IMG/VR virus record: IMGVR_UViG_3300043673_000021
Location: 33,626 to 97,625 of that record
Length of the DNA: 64,000 nt
Source of the DNA: a virus
Strand: one strand, 5' to 3'
Part shown: piece after piece, positions 9,473 to 19,068 of the stretch
How positions within the stretch are numbered: position 1 is the first letter of the stretch
Layout of the letters: every line of letters begins with the position of its first letter
Notes under the pieces: generated by a model
Told to the model about the DNA's origin: nothing
What the model saw: only the letters and a program-made list of their open reading frames with translations
The model's database searches: none
Translations under genes and position numbers: made by a program

Positions 9473-9723
9473 ACACTACAATCACCATTATCGGCAAATC
9501 CGAGATGAAGGGACGCAACGGTTACTCGTCACTAGGGCAGGCGCAGTACGTAATGCTGCCTAACGTGGGAGATCAGCCAGAACTGCATTACATCGATTTT
9601 TTCTCGAAACGCGGAAGCGACGAACCGCCGGCCCGTCTCGTCCTGTCGCGCGAAGATGCGATAGCGTTTAAAGAATGGGTCGCGCAGTTGCCAATCGGAG
9701 AGCAAACCACATGCCTGCCGTAG
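9469..9723 (+). CDS. Hypothetical protein
   Basis: ATGA coupling. Confidence 0.6.
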   Translation: MNTTITIIGKSEMKGRNGYSSLGQAQYVMLPNVGDQPELHYIDFFSKRGSDEPPARLVLSREDAIAFKEWVAQLPIGEQTTCLP

Positions 9724-9923
9724 CCCACCAATACGAAGCTACAATCCGCCGCGCGGCAATCGAAGCCGCTCAAGCGTCCATGGATGCGCACGGTTATCTG
9801 GTATCGCCCGAGATGGCGTACGACTTCATCCGCGAGCAGGTGTACGCTGAAACCGAACCATGGACGGCGGACATGCTGCCCGAGGGGATGCCGGACCTGT
9901 TCCGCGAGGTCTACACATCATGA
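9711..9923 (+). CDS. Hypothetical protein
   Basis: GGAG RBS before MPAVAHQ. Confidence 0.55.
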   Translation: MPAVAHQYEATIRRAAIEAAQASMDAHGYLVSPEMAYDFIREQVYAETEPWTADMLPEGMPDLFREVYTS

Positions 9924-10117
9924 GAGCGCCCGTACTCACGATGCCACTGGCCCGCGCAGCAGCGTCCGATGCCGGTAACCGCTCCATGCGCGTGGGTGGC
10001 CGTACGGCATGGAGCGAGGACGACTACAGCGCAGCCTGCGAGGAATTCAACCGGCTGTGGCCAGAAACGCCCCACGGGGACGAAATTCCAATTCCTGGCA
10101 AACCTGATATTGCCTGA
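9920..10117 (+). CDS. Hypothetical protein
   Basis: ATGA coupling; DAGNRSMR..GRTAWSEDDY motif. Confidence 0.6.
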   Translation: MRAPVLTMPLARAAASDAGNRSMRVGGRTAWSEDDYSAACEEFNRLWPETPHGDEIPIPGKPDIA

Positions 10118-10266
10118 ATCCACTTTTGCCTGAAGGGCGAGGTATCTGGCTCACTTTTACAGCCCGTCGATGGCCTCTCGGGTGAGCCAACCCGCGGTAG
10201 CAACACTTGCCGCGGTAACGGCGGGCGGGAAGTATTCCGTCCGTCGAATATTTCAAGGAAGGTATT

Positions 10267-10635
10267 ATGAACAAAGCCCCCATCTGGACTCTGGAACGAG
10301 ACGGCGAAACACCCCAACAGCGGGAGGGTGAAACCAAAATCGTCTCGACGAAAACCGGCTACGCGGTAGAAATCAGCTTCGGCCCGGCCAAGATCCGAGT
10401 TCAGTTCGCGACCAAGCAAGAAGCTCTCGCGCTCTTCGGGATGGCGGACACCCCGGCAGTCATGGTGCTGTCGCAGGTTGAATCAGATACCGTATCCGCG
10501 CTGCGCAACCTCGGCACCGATGGCGACCAGGCTACCGCTGCCGTGCGCGATTGCTACAAGGCTGGCGCTGGCACTTTCGATGTGCTGTTTCGCGCAGCAT
10601 TGGCCAAAGTGCATGACGGTCGGAGGGTCCAGTAA
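10267..10635 (+). CDS. Protein with C-terminal RuvA domain III-like helical bundle
   Basis: DTVSALRNLG..GDQATAAV...FDVLFRAALAKV matches the RuvA C-terminal pattern. Confidence 0.65.
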   Translation: MNKAPIWTLERDGETPQQREGETKIVSTKTGYAVEISFGPAKIRVQFATKQEALALFGMADTPAVMVLSQVESDTVSALRNLGTDGDQATAAVRDCYKAGAGTFDVLFRAALAKVHDGRRVQ

Positions 10636-10698
10636 GGCCCAAATCAAGCAAAGGCTACCGAAGTGCTGATAATATTGATGTTAGGAGGGGACCCAACG

Positions 10699-10896
10699 AT
10701 GCGCACCGAAATAAACGACGAACGCCGCAAGGTGATGGGCCAGCGCTACACTCCCTGGGCTGGCGGTTTCACCTGCCGCATTTGCGATGCTCCGCTGCTC
10801 GATTGCGATAGCTTCTGCGCGTGCCCTAAGCACTGGGATCGCGTCGTGGAGATCGTGCGACCGGTTGGGCGGGAACTGGAACTGGCGACGGCTTAA
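10699..10896 (+). CDS. Small zinc-binding hypothetical protein
   Basis: AGGAGG RBS; CRIC...CACPKH. Confidence 0.5.
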   Translation: MRTEINDERRKVMGQRYTPWAGGFTCRICDAPLLDCDSFCACPKHWDRVVEIVRPVGRELELATA

Positions 10897-11225
10897 AGCT
10901 CAACTTCGCCGCCGTCCGGCCTCTCCCCCGGCGGCTTCCAATAGTCCTTTCCGCGAACCGCATCCAGAAGCACGTCGCGAATCAAATTGGCGATATTGAA
11001 GAACGATTCGCCTTCCGAGTGCAGGCCCTCCATATTCGGCAGGCCTTTGAGCTTTGCAGCCTCGACGTTAGCCGCAAGCCCCCACTCTCGGACAAGTTCG
11101 CAGCATCTCTCGGTGACGCGTTCCTCGGTCTCCGTCTGAACCGCGAGCAATTCATCCGCGATTGAATCTATCACCCCAGCGGCTTTGTGTGCCCGGCTCA
11201 GCGCATCTTCTCGCGTCAGTCTCAT
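10893..11225 (-). CDS. Hypothetical protein, last gene of the leftward operon
   Basis: AAGGA RBS; converges on the plus-strand island. Confidence 0.55.
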   Translation of the reverse strand: MRLTREDALSRAHKAAGVIDSIADELLAVQTETEERVTERCCELVREWGLAANVEAAKLKGLPNMEGLHSEGESFFNIANLIRDVLLDAVRGKDYWKPPGERPDGGEVEL

Positions 11226-11664
11226 ATCTCATCCTTAACTTTAACTTTCGAACTCCCCGTTGAAAGCGCGCCCGATGATGTCCATGACTTCCTCGCAGGT
11301 CAGAAGCACAACCGTGTCAGCTTTAGCGATCATCTCAAACGCGTGGCGAATTCGCGAATCAACCCGTGGCTGCTTCGTTGGATACGGCTCCAGCCCCATT
11401 GCGCTTACGGTATTCGTTGATGTGCTCGAACGTTGGCACCGCGTAGGCGAAAGGGTCATCCCGCGGCTTGGTCGTCATGCCTTCATCCCTTCCGCTCCAT
11501 CCGCTTGCCGCTGGGCATGGCAGCCTCGCCATCGCTTCGGAGGGCACCCGGACGATGTGCGAGAAGAATTCGCCAATCTGACGGCACCTGGGCCGCGCGG
11601 AAGCCCGCGAAGGGGGGCGCTGCAAGTTGGGCGAGTTCGCCGGCGGTTAGGTCGCTGAAGCGGA

Positions 11665-12642
11665 TCACGCGGTGACCTTCCCTGATAACCCGCTGCGGAT
11701 AATGCTCACCAGCACGCGCTCTGCTCCTTCTCGGTTCGGGCCGTCCGGCAACGTCGACGCATCACGCGCCGCGCGCGCCTGAGCCCAAAGGTCATCCGCC
11801 AGAAGCTTCACGTCCTCCAGTTTCCACTTGCCGGTTTTGATCTCCAGTAGTTCAGCGGCATCCTGCCGGTAAACGTGCATTTCTCCGGTCTTCATGAACT
11901 CTACGCACATCCGGAGTAAACGAATCAAATGGGCAGCGTTCTTCGTGTCATACGAGTGGCGGAGTACAAGTTGTTTGCGCTTCTCGCCCATGTAGCCGAT
12001 GTTCTCGCCCTTCTTTTGGAAGTTGCGGAGCCGGGCGAGTAGTTTATCCGGTGCCCAATTGACAGCATCACGAAGTTCGCCGGTATCGCGATCGGGCGCC
12101 GGGAAAACCTCGCCTTTATGGTTCGGGTGGATGCCGCGAAACTTCATTTCGGCAGTGACAGCCAAATACTCGCGCAACTCCTCCGGGTCGCGGCTCTCCA
12201 TCTTTTCCATTTGCTGGTGTGCGTAACCGGCGAAGGCGTTATAGACGTGCTTGCCGACGAAAAACTGGCGATTAGCAAAAAGAAGATCCGCGATCGGCTC
12301 GACAATCAGGCGGTGCCGGGGCTCAAGCCAGAGCATCGACATGATATTGGGGTTGCCTTGCAGGAGAAGCGAAACCGCTTTCCGCGCTTCGTACAACACC
12401 ACGTCGTACTGGCCAGCCTTGAACTCTTTCGTGCCGCGGCTGCCCCATTCGCCGAGCCCGAAGTAGTCCGTCTCGGAGCCCACGCAGAAACCCATCAGGT
12501 CGATATCGTCAATGCTATCGATGTTTTCCGGCGGAACATACATGCCGTGGGCAATTGACCCGCGATATCCAAGGTAAAAGCACTCTGGCGGCACCGTGAA
12601 AGTCACGCCCGTCTTGTCGGTCATTATCAGCTTTTCCGTCAT
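11665..12642 (-). CDS. Nucleotidyltransferase (Pol-beta superfamily, YcgL/RlaP-like)
   Basis: GYRGSIAHG...DDIDLMG motif, GNPNIMSML, YDTKNAAHLIRLL, ELLEIKTG; ATG 12642 coupled to the upstream stop. Confidence 0.88.
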   Translation of the reverse strand: MTEKLIMTDKTGVTFTVPPECFYLGYRGSIAHGMYVPPENIDSIDDIDLMGFCVGSETDYFGLGEWGSRGTKEFKAGQYDVVLYEARKAVSLLLQGNPNIMSMLWLEPRHRLIVEPIADLLFANRQFFVGKHVYNAFAGYAHQQMEKMESRDPEELREYLAVTAEMKFRGIHPNHKGEVFPAPDRDTGELRDAVNWAPDKLLARLRNFQKKGENIGYMGEKRKQLVLRHSYDTKNAAHLIRLLRMCVEFMKTGEMHVYRQDAAELLEIKTGKWKLEDVKLLADDLWAQARAARDASTLPDGPNREGAERVLVSIIRSGLSGKVTA

Positions 12643-12865
12643 ATCCTCACCTTGCTGCCTGCCTGTTCCCGCAACTTGGTCGCTTCCCGCCACTCGTCCA
12701 GCGTATCCAGCATTGGGTTGAGGTAGGTGCCGAAGAAATAGCCCCAATACGCCACATGCCCGGCTTCGACCTTCATCACATGGCGCGTCCACTTTTTCGG
12801 CTTGATGTGCGGTGCCATGTCAACGCAGTCGCCGGGTTGCGGGTCGATTCTTGGGTCGCGGTCGG

Positions 12866-13285
12866 TCACGCTTCCACCATCCTGCATACCCGCGCCGTTG
12901 CTGCTTTCAGCGCATCGCCTTCCGTCCGCTCAAGTTGCGGGTATAACTTACCTGCCATCTGCCGAGCGTCCGCAAGCATTGACTGGTCTGGCATCTCACC
13001 GGTGTCCAACTGCTGAACCGCCCGATTCACCAGCGCGTGGATCTTCACAATGGCAACCCAGCAGTCGTCAAGATCGGCCTTGACACTCTGTTCTCCGCGC
13101 TCGAAGGCGTCCGATAGTTCGTCGGCAATCCGCTGGGCATCCTCGGAATCGCCGTAACTCTGCCCCATAACCGCCGTGCTGTCTGAGGCACGGAGCACAT
13201 CCCAAGTCCTGTCGTGGCCACATTTGGGACAACCGTTGTCAGCCACTTCAATGAAATATTCCGCCTGCTTTTCTTCTGTTTTCAT
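12866..13285 (-). CDS. Hypothetical protein with CPKCG motif
   Basis: GGAGG RBS. Confidence 0.55.
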   Translation of the reverse strand: MKTEEKQAEYFIEVADNGCPKCGHDRTWDVLRASDSTAVMGQSYGDSEDAQRIADELSDAFERGEQSVKADLDDCWVAIVKIHALVNRAVQQLDTGEMPDQSMLADARQMAGKLYPQLERTEGDALKAATARVCRMVEA

Positions 13286-13684
13286 ATCTTCACCTCCCTC
13301 AATCTCTTAACAATCGGCTCCCATCCCGCGATCCAAGCCCGCAGATTACCAAACGGTTGGCCGACAAACCGCTTGACGATTGGGGCCGCTTGCACAATCA
13401 CGCCGCGCTCGTCCAGTTCAACCTCGCAGGTGGACTTCGTACAGGAGACCCAAACCCTCATGGTCCTTCCGGATCATCGACATGGGGAGTTTCAGTAAGT
13501 AAGTCTTCCGCGTTACTTGTCATCCCTGATACGACACATTGCTCGACTAACTTTTCGCATTCAGTGAGAGCGTTTAATAGCCTATCGGCAATGCGAACCC
13601 GCTCACGAATGGAGTTCGCTTTTTCTAGACTGCCACCGAACGCCTCAATCACCTGAATCTGCTCGGTTAACTTGCGCTGAACGC

Positions 13685-13951
13685 TCACGCGCCCACCTCT
13701 GGCTTCCGCCACCGCGAAAACACCAGCCCGCGTTCGCGCTCCAGCACGTGCTCAATCACCGCGATCCCCTGCTCTTTGGCGCTGGGCCAAGATCCGTCAT
13801 GGATCGCGCTGTAGTAGTTGTTGTCCTCTTCAGCGGAACACAGGTCGTTGCGAAGTTCGGCGATCAGCGCCTTGAGTTCGTCGACGTTACCGCGCTCGAC
13901 AATGGCATTGTGCCCGCGGTTCTTCTTGCACCAGTCGCATTGGCAGGTCAC
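13685..13951 (-). CDS. Hypothetical protein
   Basis: GTGA-coupled ORF. Confidence 0.55.
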   Translation of the reverse strand: MTCQCDWCKKNRGHNAIVERGNVDELKALIAELRNDLCSAEEDNNYYSAIHDGSWPSAKEQGIAVIEHVLERERGLVFSRWRKPEVGA

Positions 13952-14183
13952 GCGCTCACCTCGCTTTCCATGTACGCTCTACCCGCCGCCACGCACTCCG
14001 CGCAAAGATCGATCGTCGAGCAACGATAAAGGCTGTCTGTTATCAACCCCTTCCGTTTTGTGCAGTGTCGGCACAGAGGCTTGTCGCAGGTGCGCTTTGG
14101 TTCCCCCACAACGGACAGGATTCCATCACAGAGGCAAATAGCCGCTTGAGCCTTGCAGGCACCGCAGACTCCGTAAACTTCGA

Positions 14184-14402
14184 TCACGCCCCCACCTGCA
14201 CTTTCGCCGCGCGCTCGGCACGGAGGGCACGCCGCCTTTGATCGCCCAGCCGCGCCTTCTCCCGCTCCTGCGCTTCCCAGTGAGCAACGCAAACCGTGTG
14301 CAGCGGGTGGCTTTTCTCGAACGGCCGCCCGCAGGGTACGCCGGCGACGAGCCATTCACAGTGACCGGTGCCATAGGTTTTCCAGTTAAACTTGCTCGGC
14401 AT
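14184..14402 (-). CDS. Small Cys/His-rich hypothetical protein
   Basis: AGGAGG RBS. Confidence 0.55.
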   Translation of the reverse strand: MPSKFNWKTYGTGHCEWLVAGVPCGRPFEKSHPLHTVCVAHWEAQEREKARLGDQRRRALRAERAAKVQVGA

Positions 14403-14808
14403 TTGTCCCTCCTGGCGGGTCTAGTTCATCCGCGCGCTGCCGAAGGAACCGCGCCTCCTCTTTGCGCCTCAGAGCCTCATGCGGGTCGAGTTCGCGCGAG
14501 TATTCCGTAAGATCGGTAAATCCCATCCCGACCAACAGGGCGATCACTTGATCCTGGCTCGGGTTGGTTTCCCCAAGCGCGGCCAATGGCTCCATTCCGA
14601 GGCCAAAGAAAACGCGCCAAGAGTCTTGGAAAACTTCTATCCGTGCAGTAGGCTCCTTGCCTACAACTTCCCAGCGAATTGCGAACTCTCCATCCGTTCC
14701 ACCGTCTGGATAGTAGAGCCCGATCATGATCTGCGTCTGCGTATCCGGGCGCTTGTACCACGCCCGGTTGCTAACGTTGAAGCCTTTAGTTGGCGCGTTG
14801 TTCGGCAT
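14386..14808 (-). CDS. Hypothetical protein flanked by direct repeats
   Basis: AGGAGG RBS before MPNNAPT. Confidence 0.65.
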   Translation of the reverse strand: MPNNAPTKGFNVSNRAWYKRPDTQTQIMIGLYYPDGGTDGEFAIRWEVVGKEPTARIEVFQDSWRVFFGLGMEPLAALGETNPSQDQVIALLVGMGFTDLTEYSRELDPHEALRRKEEARFLRQRADELDPPGGTNAEQV

Positions 14809-14820
14809 TTGTCCCTCCTG
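14396..14820. repeat. 19-bp direct repeat TCGGCATTTGTCCCTCCTG at 14396-14414 and 14802-14820 (RBS plus start codon)
   Basis: Read directly; both upstream ORFs therefore end in GGTNAEQ. Confidence 0.92.
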
Positions 14821-15472
14821 AAAGTTCACGCTGCCCGGCCTTCTGACGGCTCACTTCTATCGCTGCGTCGATATCCGCCTGCGTGATTCGTTGGCCGGGC
14901 GGCAACACTGGGATATCGCGAACCTTGTGAATGCCGACCGCGTTCAGACTCTTGGCGCGCGCCAAGTCGAGAACGGTATCCTCGAGCGAATCAGCCACAG
15001 ATACCTCTCGCCCGGGTGGCAGGGCTTTCATCTCGGGTGCCGCCAGAAGCTTCTCAGATGGAATACCATCGGGGAAATCCTCGGTGCTGCCGATCAGTTC
15101 GAACCCGTCCAACGGGCGGTACTTCGAGCAGTAAACCGCTCGCATGTCGCGCACACTGGGCCACTTCGAGTACAACCGTGCCATCCGCTGCGCAAGCCAG
15201 AGAGCCTGCTCGGAATCGTGGCACATGGAGCGGATTTCCTCCGCAATCAAAAGTCGAGCGCCGCCTTCTTTCGGGAAGAATGGCAATGATGCGAGCATTT
15301 CTACCGCAACCGCTGCCGCTTCGTTGCTGATCCTCGGCTGTTCCGAGTGGCCATCGATCCTCGCTTGATCAATCCCCGTCAATCGCTTTCCGGAATTGCA
15401 AGTGCAGCGCCGGAGACCATCTGACGTTTGCATCCACAAGCCCGCGAAGGGCAAGCACTTTTCACAGCCCAT
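14786..15472 (-). CDS. Hypothetical replication accessory protein (helicase-loader position)
   Basis: Immediately downstream of the O-like gene; N-terminal CxxC...CxC. Confidence 0.5.
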   Translation of the reverse strand: MGCEKCLPFAGLWMQTSDGLRRCTCNSGKRLTGIDQARIDGHSEQPRISNEAAAVAVEMLASLPFFPKEGGARLLIAEEIRSMCHDSEQALWLAQRMARLYSKWPSVRDMRAVYCSKYRPLDGFELIGSTEDFPDGIPSEKLLAAPEMKALPPGREVSVADSLEDTVLDLARAKSLNAVGIHKVRDIPVLPPGQRITQADIDAAIEVSRQKAGQRELSGGTNAEQRAN

Positions 15473-16400
15473 CAGTTGTCCTACCTTTCATCCTGTCGAT
15501 AATTTGAAGTCCCGCGAGTAGTTCTGCCCGACGTCTTTCCTCTGGTGGTTCGCGGCATTGCCCTGGTAAAAGCAGTTGCGGGATTTCTTCCTCATCAGCA
15601 AATCGCTCCTTGTTCAGCCAAGTGCTCATGTATGGGCGTTTGTCTTTGTCGCGGAGAAGCATTGAGTGCTTCTGTTTCCGAACGGCCACCATGATCGCGG
15701 TTAGTTTGGCAACACTCGCCGCTTTTTTCCGAAAAGCCTTGACCGCCGCAGCGCGGTCGTCGGACCTCCAGCGCTCTTCCCAGAAATCAGAGAATCCAGG
15801 AGGGTCGGCATCTCGGACTGGCTTTGACCGCTTGGTTGCTTGCGGCTCCTGTGGGGCGAGTTCGAGTTTCGGCTCCGGTTCGGTGCTGGGAGGAATTACC
15901 TCAGAAGTTGGCTGAGGTAGCTCGGATGGGGATATGTTTTTAAACCTCTCCAATACAACTTCTTCTCCTATACTATGAAGAAATCCTTTGAAAATACTTA
16001 CTAAGTCCTTCGCAAATTCTTTGTTTCCAGTTCTATAGGCCACTTTCCAGGCCATGACGTCCTCATCTTTTGGGGCTGGACTTTCTTGGTCTTTGCGGGT
16101 CTTAAAGGTGGGCAAGCGGCTAGATGAGGTATCCCAAGCACCCCATAATTGCCGCCCCACTGGCCACACGTACAGTAAGTTGGCACCGATGTATTCGGCG
16201 ATCCAGGAGAACACCTGCTCGCGCGCTGGGCAAGGATGAAAGTTACTGAAACACTTCGCGGCGATCCGCAAGTAATTGATCTCGAACCGAGCATAGCCGT
16301 TGGCGGCCATGTAGATCCACGGCCACGCCAATTTTGCCTCAGTCGAGCAGCAGGCTAGCCGGTCGCCGTTGTACATGCCATCTGGGTCAATCAGCGGCAT
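15462..16400 (-). CDS. Phage replication initiator (lambda O / replisome organiser-like)
   Basis: C-terminal FSDFW...AAAVKAF...YMSTWLNKERFADE domain, Pro-rich linker, internal AT-rich repeat tract. Confidence 0.72.
   Translation of the reverse strand: MPLIDPDGMYNGDRLACCSTEAKLAWPWIYMAANGYARFEINYLRIAAKCFSNFHPCPAREQVFSWIAEYIGANLLYVWPVGRQLWGAWDTSSSRLPTFKTRKDQESPAPKDEDVMAWKVAYRTGNKEFAKDLVSIFKGFLHSIGEEVVLERFKNISPSELPQPTSEVIPPSTEPEPKLELAPQEPQATKRSKPVRDADPPGFSDFWEERWRSDDRAAAVKAFRKKAASVAKLTAIMVAVRKQKHSMLLRDKDKRPYMSTWLNKERFADEEEIPQLLLPGQCREPPEERRRAELLAGLQIIDRMKGRTTDGL
15981..16023. repeat. Four imperfect 10-mers at 11-bp period inside the O-like gene (putative iterons)
   Basis: AAATCCTTTG 15981, AAATACTTAC 15992, AAGTCCTTCG 16003, AAATTCTTTG 16014. 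Confidence 0.6.
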
Positions 16401-16869
16401 AGGAAACCCCTGGCTCGGCCCCAAATGAAGCTTGCATTTGTTCGAAAACCTCACTGGCTAACTGGCCATAATCAAAGGCGCGTGGCGTTGTGGCGAATCC
16501 GTTGGCTAATTCTCCCTCTGAGAATATCGGCATCTTGCGAAAACGCGGCAGCATCCAGCGAGGTAGTTCGTCAGGTGTTGTATCGCCATCGCTGTGCTGC
16601 TCGTCAAATTCACGCTCAAGATTATCTTGGTAGTCCTGGCTATAGAATTCCGAGAGATGAACTGATCGGGCCGACTTCCCGCGATTGCAATCAAAGCACG
16701 CGGTGATTAGGTTGTTGGGGTCAAGCTCAGCGCCGCCATTCGCAATCGAATGAACGTGGTCAATTTCCAGCCGGACTTCCTCTGACCCGCTACCGCAGTA
16801 ACGGCACCGAAACCCATCGCGGCGCAAGATCTCGAACCGGAGGCGCTTTGAGATACCGGCGCGTTTCAT
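16387..16869 (-). CDS. HNH endonuclease
   Basis: RFEILRRDGFRCRYCG...EIDHV...NLITACFDCNRGK. Confidence 0.92.
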   Translation of the reverse strand: MKRAGISKRLRFEILRRDGFRCRYCGSGSEEVRLEIDHVHSIANGGAELDPNNLITACFDCNRGKSARSVHLSEFYSQDYQDNLEREFDEQHSDGDTTPDELPRWMLPRFRKMPIFSEGELANGFATTPRAFDYGQLASEVFEQMQASFGAEPGVSYAAD

Positions 16870-17324
16870 CAGCCCTGGTCCTCCGACTTACGGACGACTA
16901 CTTTTGCCAATTCCTCGCGGACTTTGGCCCTACGGCGCGCTGCGGCTTCTTCGGTCAGAAGATCCTTGCATCCCTCAGTCCATGTACCCATCTCTCGATG
17001 AATAAGGCAGTGATCTATTGGGTTGACTCCCGGTTCCGGGATGTCAAATATCACTCCGACTATAAAGGAATGGGGGTCGCACATCGGGGCATCGCACGTA
17101 AAATCCTCTAGTGCTTCGAAGTCGCGGACCAACGCCTTGGGCCTTTCTACTCCCACAGCGCCGACCATTACGGGTCCAGGAGCATCCTGGAGGATCGCGC
17201 GAAGCCCTATCCGGTAATCGCACAGCCACCGACCGGGAACCCCGCATATGGCGCAAGGTTCTGAGAAGGGTAGAATCGGTTGCTCCGTATCTGGCGAAGA
17301 TGAAGTAAAATGTGGTTTAGGCAT
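16869..17324 (-). CDS. Cys-rich hypothetical protein
   Basis: CAICG..LCDY...TCDAPMC...DHCLIH; similar Cys pattern to ORF 19065. Confidence 0.6.
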   Translation of the reverse strand: MPKPHFTSSSPDTEQPILPFSEPCAICGVPGRWLCDYRIGLRAILQDAPGPVMVGAVGVERPKALVRDFEALEDFTCDAPMCDPHSFIVGVIFDIPEPGVNPIDHCLIHREMGTWTEGCKDLLTEEAAARRRAKVREELAKVVVRKSEDQG

Positions 17325-17504
17325 CCTGAACCCTCCATAGGTTCTTGCTGCTAGGGTCTCGTTGAAGTACCACCTTCCACGGGACCCGCTTATCTCTATT
17401 CTCCCACCCGCCCACTAACTCCGCAACAATTCCGACTAACTTTGTCGCGCGCATTTTAAGCACCGTGATGTTACCTGACTTACTTGGCATTAGGCTCGCT
17501 GTCA

Positions 17505-17759
17505 TCAGAAGCATCCGCTCGTATTGTATTTGCGCTCATCGCGTCCCGCCTTCCTCGCCTTGTCGCGCCGCACCTTAACGCACTCCGCCATGTCTGCCGC
17601 ACTCGCGCCGGTCGCTTGGCAGGTAGTGCAGGCGTTGAATTCTCGGTTGCATACGAAGGACGGTTTGCCGAAGTCGTCTAAGCCCACGCACTTATCGCTG
17701 TGCATGTGGCTTAGAGTCAAGAACGGAAACGCGCTTGGGTAGTCATGAATCTGCGCCAT
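17505..17759 (-). CDS. Hypothetical protein
   Basis: GGAGG RBS. Confidence 0.5.
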   Translation of the reverse strand: MAQIHDYPSAFPFLTLSHMHSDKCVGLDDFGKPSFVCNREFNACTTCQATGASAADMAECVKVRRDKARKAGRDERKYNTSGCF

Positions 17760-17778
17760 CTTAGCCTCCCTTTTCCTT

Positions 17779-18012
17779 CTAAATACCCTGCTTCACATCT
17801 GGGATCCTCAGCCTCATCCTCTTTCGAAACTTCTTGAACCTAGGGAGTGACGCGCAGGATTCGCAGAGGTGCCATACTTCACGGCTTCCAACACACAGAA
17901 CAGCCTCGGACGAACAGCCCGTATAATCCCGGTATCCACCCAGCGCGTTACGGTCAGGAATGCCTTGCGCTGGACGATCCCTAGTGGGGTCCCAAAAACA
18001 CAACTCAGTCAT
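17779..18012 (-). CDS. Hypothetical Cys-containing protein
   Basis: Coupled ORF. Confidence 0.5.
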   Translation of the reverse strand: MTELCFWDPTRDRPAQGIPDRNALGGYRDYTGCSSEAVLCVGSREVWHLCESCASLPRFKKFRKRMRLRIPDVKQGI

Positions 18013-18412
18013 GGTTAACGCCCCTCAATATCTCCAGCAGAACATCCGCATGGCAGGCCTCCGATAGCGAACAGAAGCACGCGAGATTGTGGCCCCCGAG
18101 TTCGCCATGGATGAGTTCGAGCGGGTGCGCGCCAAGTCGCTTACGAAAGTTATGGTGCGCATCGTAGGCTGTTAGCCTAAGCGACAGTCCTTGCACGCAG
18201 TCTCCATTCCAGATACCCTCCACGCTATTGCGGAACAACCTCAGCGCCAGTTCGCGCCCGAAGATTGCCACGCTGTACGGGTTGCCCCAGCGCCCGGGTC
18301 GCGCGACGCTGATGCACGGTAGCCCGTTGACGGCCATGCTCGCAGCCTGCATGTTGAATCCGGCGGTTCGCTTTCGCTGGATGCGCACGGGGGTAGGTTG
18401 GCTCATTGCCAT
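18005..18412 (-). CDS. DUF4326-family protein
   Basis: PVRIQRKR, RPGRWGNPY, LGGHNLACFC...CHADVL. Confidence 0.85.
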   Translation of the reverse strand: MAMSQPTPVRIQRKRTAGFNMQAASMAVNGLPCISVARPGRWGNPYSVAIFGRELALRLFRNSVEGIWNGDCVQGLSLRLTAYDAHHNFRKRLGAHPLELIHGELGGHNLACFCSLSEACHADVLLEILRGVNHD

Positions 18413-19068
18413 ACTCCACTATCCGAGCGTGCGTGTCTGTCGGTCGAAGTCCATGTGTCAGGCTTCATGTCCCGATGCTCGGCCACCCACTTAGTCATGT
18501 AGGCGCATAACTCGGAGTGCCAGAGTTTCAGATCTTGCGAGTAATCAGCGGCCTTCCAATGTCCGGCTTTGGTGTCGGCATTCTTGGCCATATTCAGGTA
18601 CTCGCGAATCTCGCCAGTCGCACAGACGGCGGGCAAGTAAAGCCATCGTGGCGTCAGAGGAAACGAAAGCTTATCCGCAACGCACAGTCGAGAGAATGGC
18701 AGGCCTAGAGCCTTGGCGTAATAGCGGGAATGAAGTAAAGAGAACTGTCCCCACTTGCCGTACGCCTCACCATCAACCCAAACGTAATCCTTAGTATTTT
18801 TACGGAGTGGACCATCCTGCCAGATGATAGTGGGTTCCTCGTCAAATAGCGTGGTCATTATTTGGCCGCCTAACTTCGGATGTTCCTCGCCTTCCGGCCC
18901 GTCCATGTTGGTTTTACCGAAATATCCAAGATCGTGAACGAAGAACGAGACCCAAAGAATAGGGCTCCAAGGAAAGCCGAATAACTTCCACCATGCAAGG
19001 GCAACAAACCACGGATGCAGAAAGAAACAATGCGCTCCATATAAAACACTCTTAGTTCCGACTCTCAC
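18403..19068 (-). CDS. HD-domain-like phage protein
   Basis: H...VHDLGY...EEHP...LHSRYY...ADKL spacing of HD hydrolases. Confidence 0.6.
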   Translation of the reverse strand: MRVGTKSVLYGAHCFFLHPWFVALAWWKLFGFPWSPILWVSFFVHDLGYFGKTNMDGPEGEEHPKLGGQIMTTLFDEEPTIIWQDGPLRKNTKDYVWVDGEAYGKWGQFSLLHSRYYAKALGLPFSRLCVADKLSFPLTPRWLYLPAVCATGEIREYLNMAKNADTKAGHWKAADYSQDLKLWHSELCAYMTKWVAEHRDMKPDTWTSTDRHARSDSGVWQ

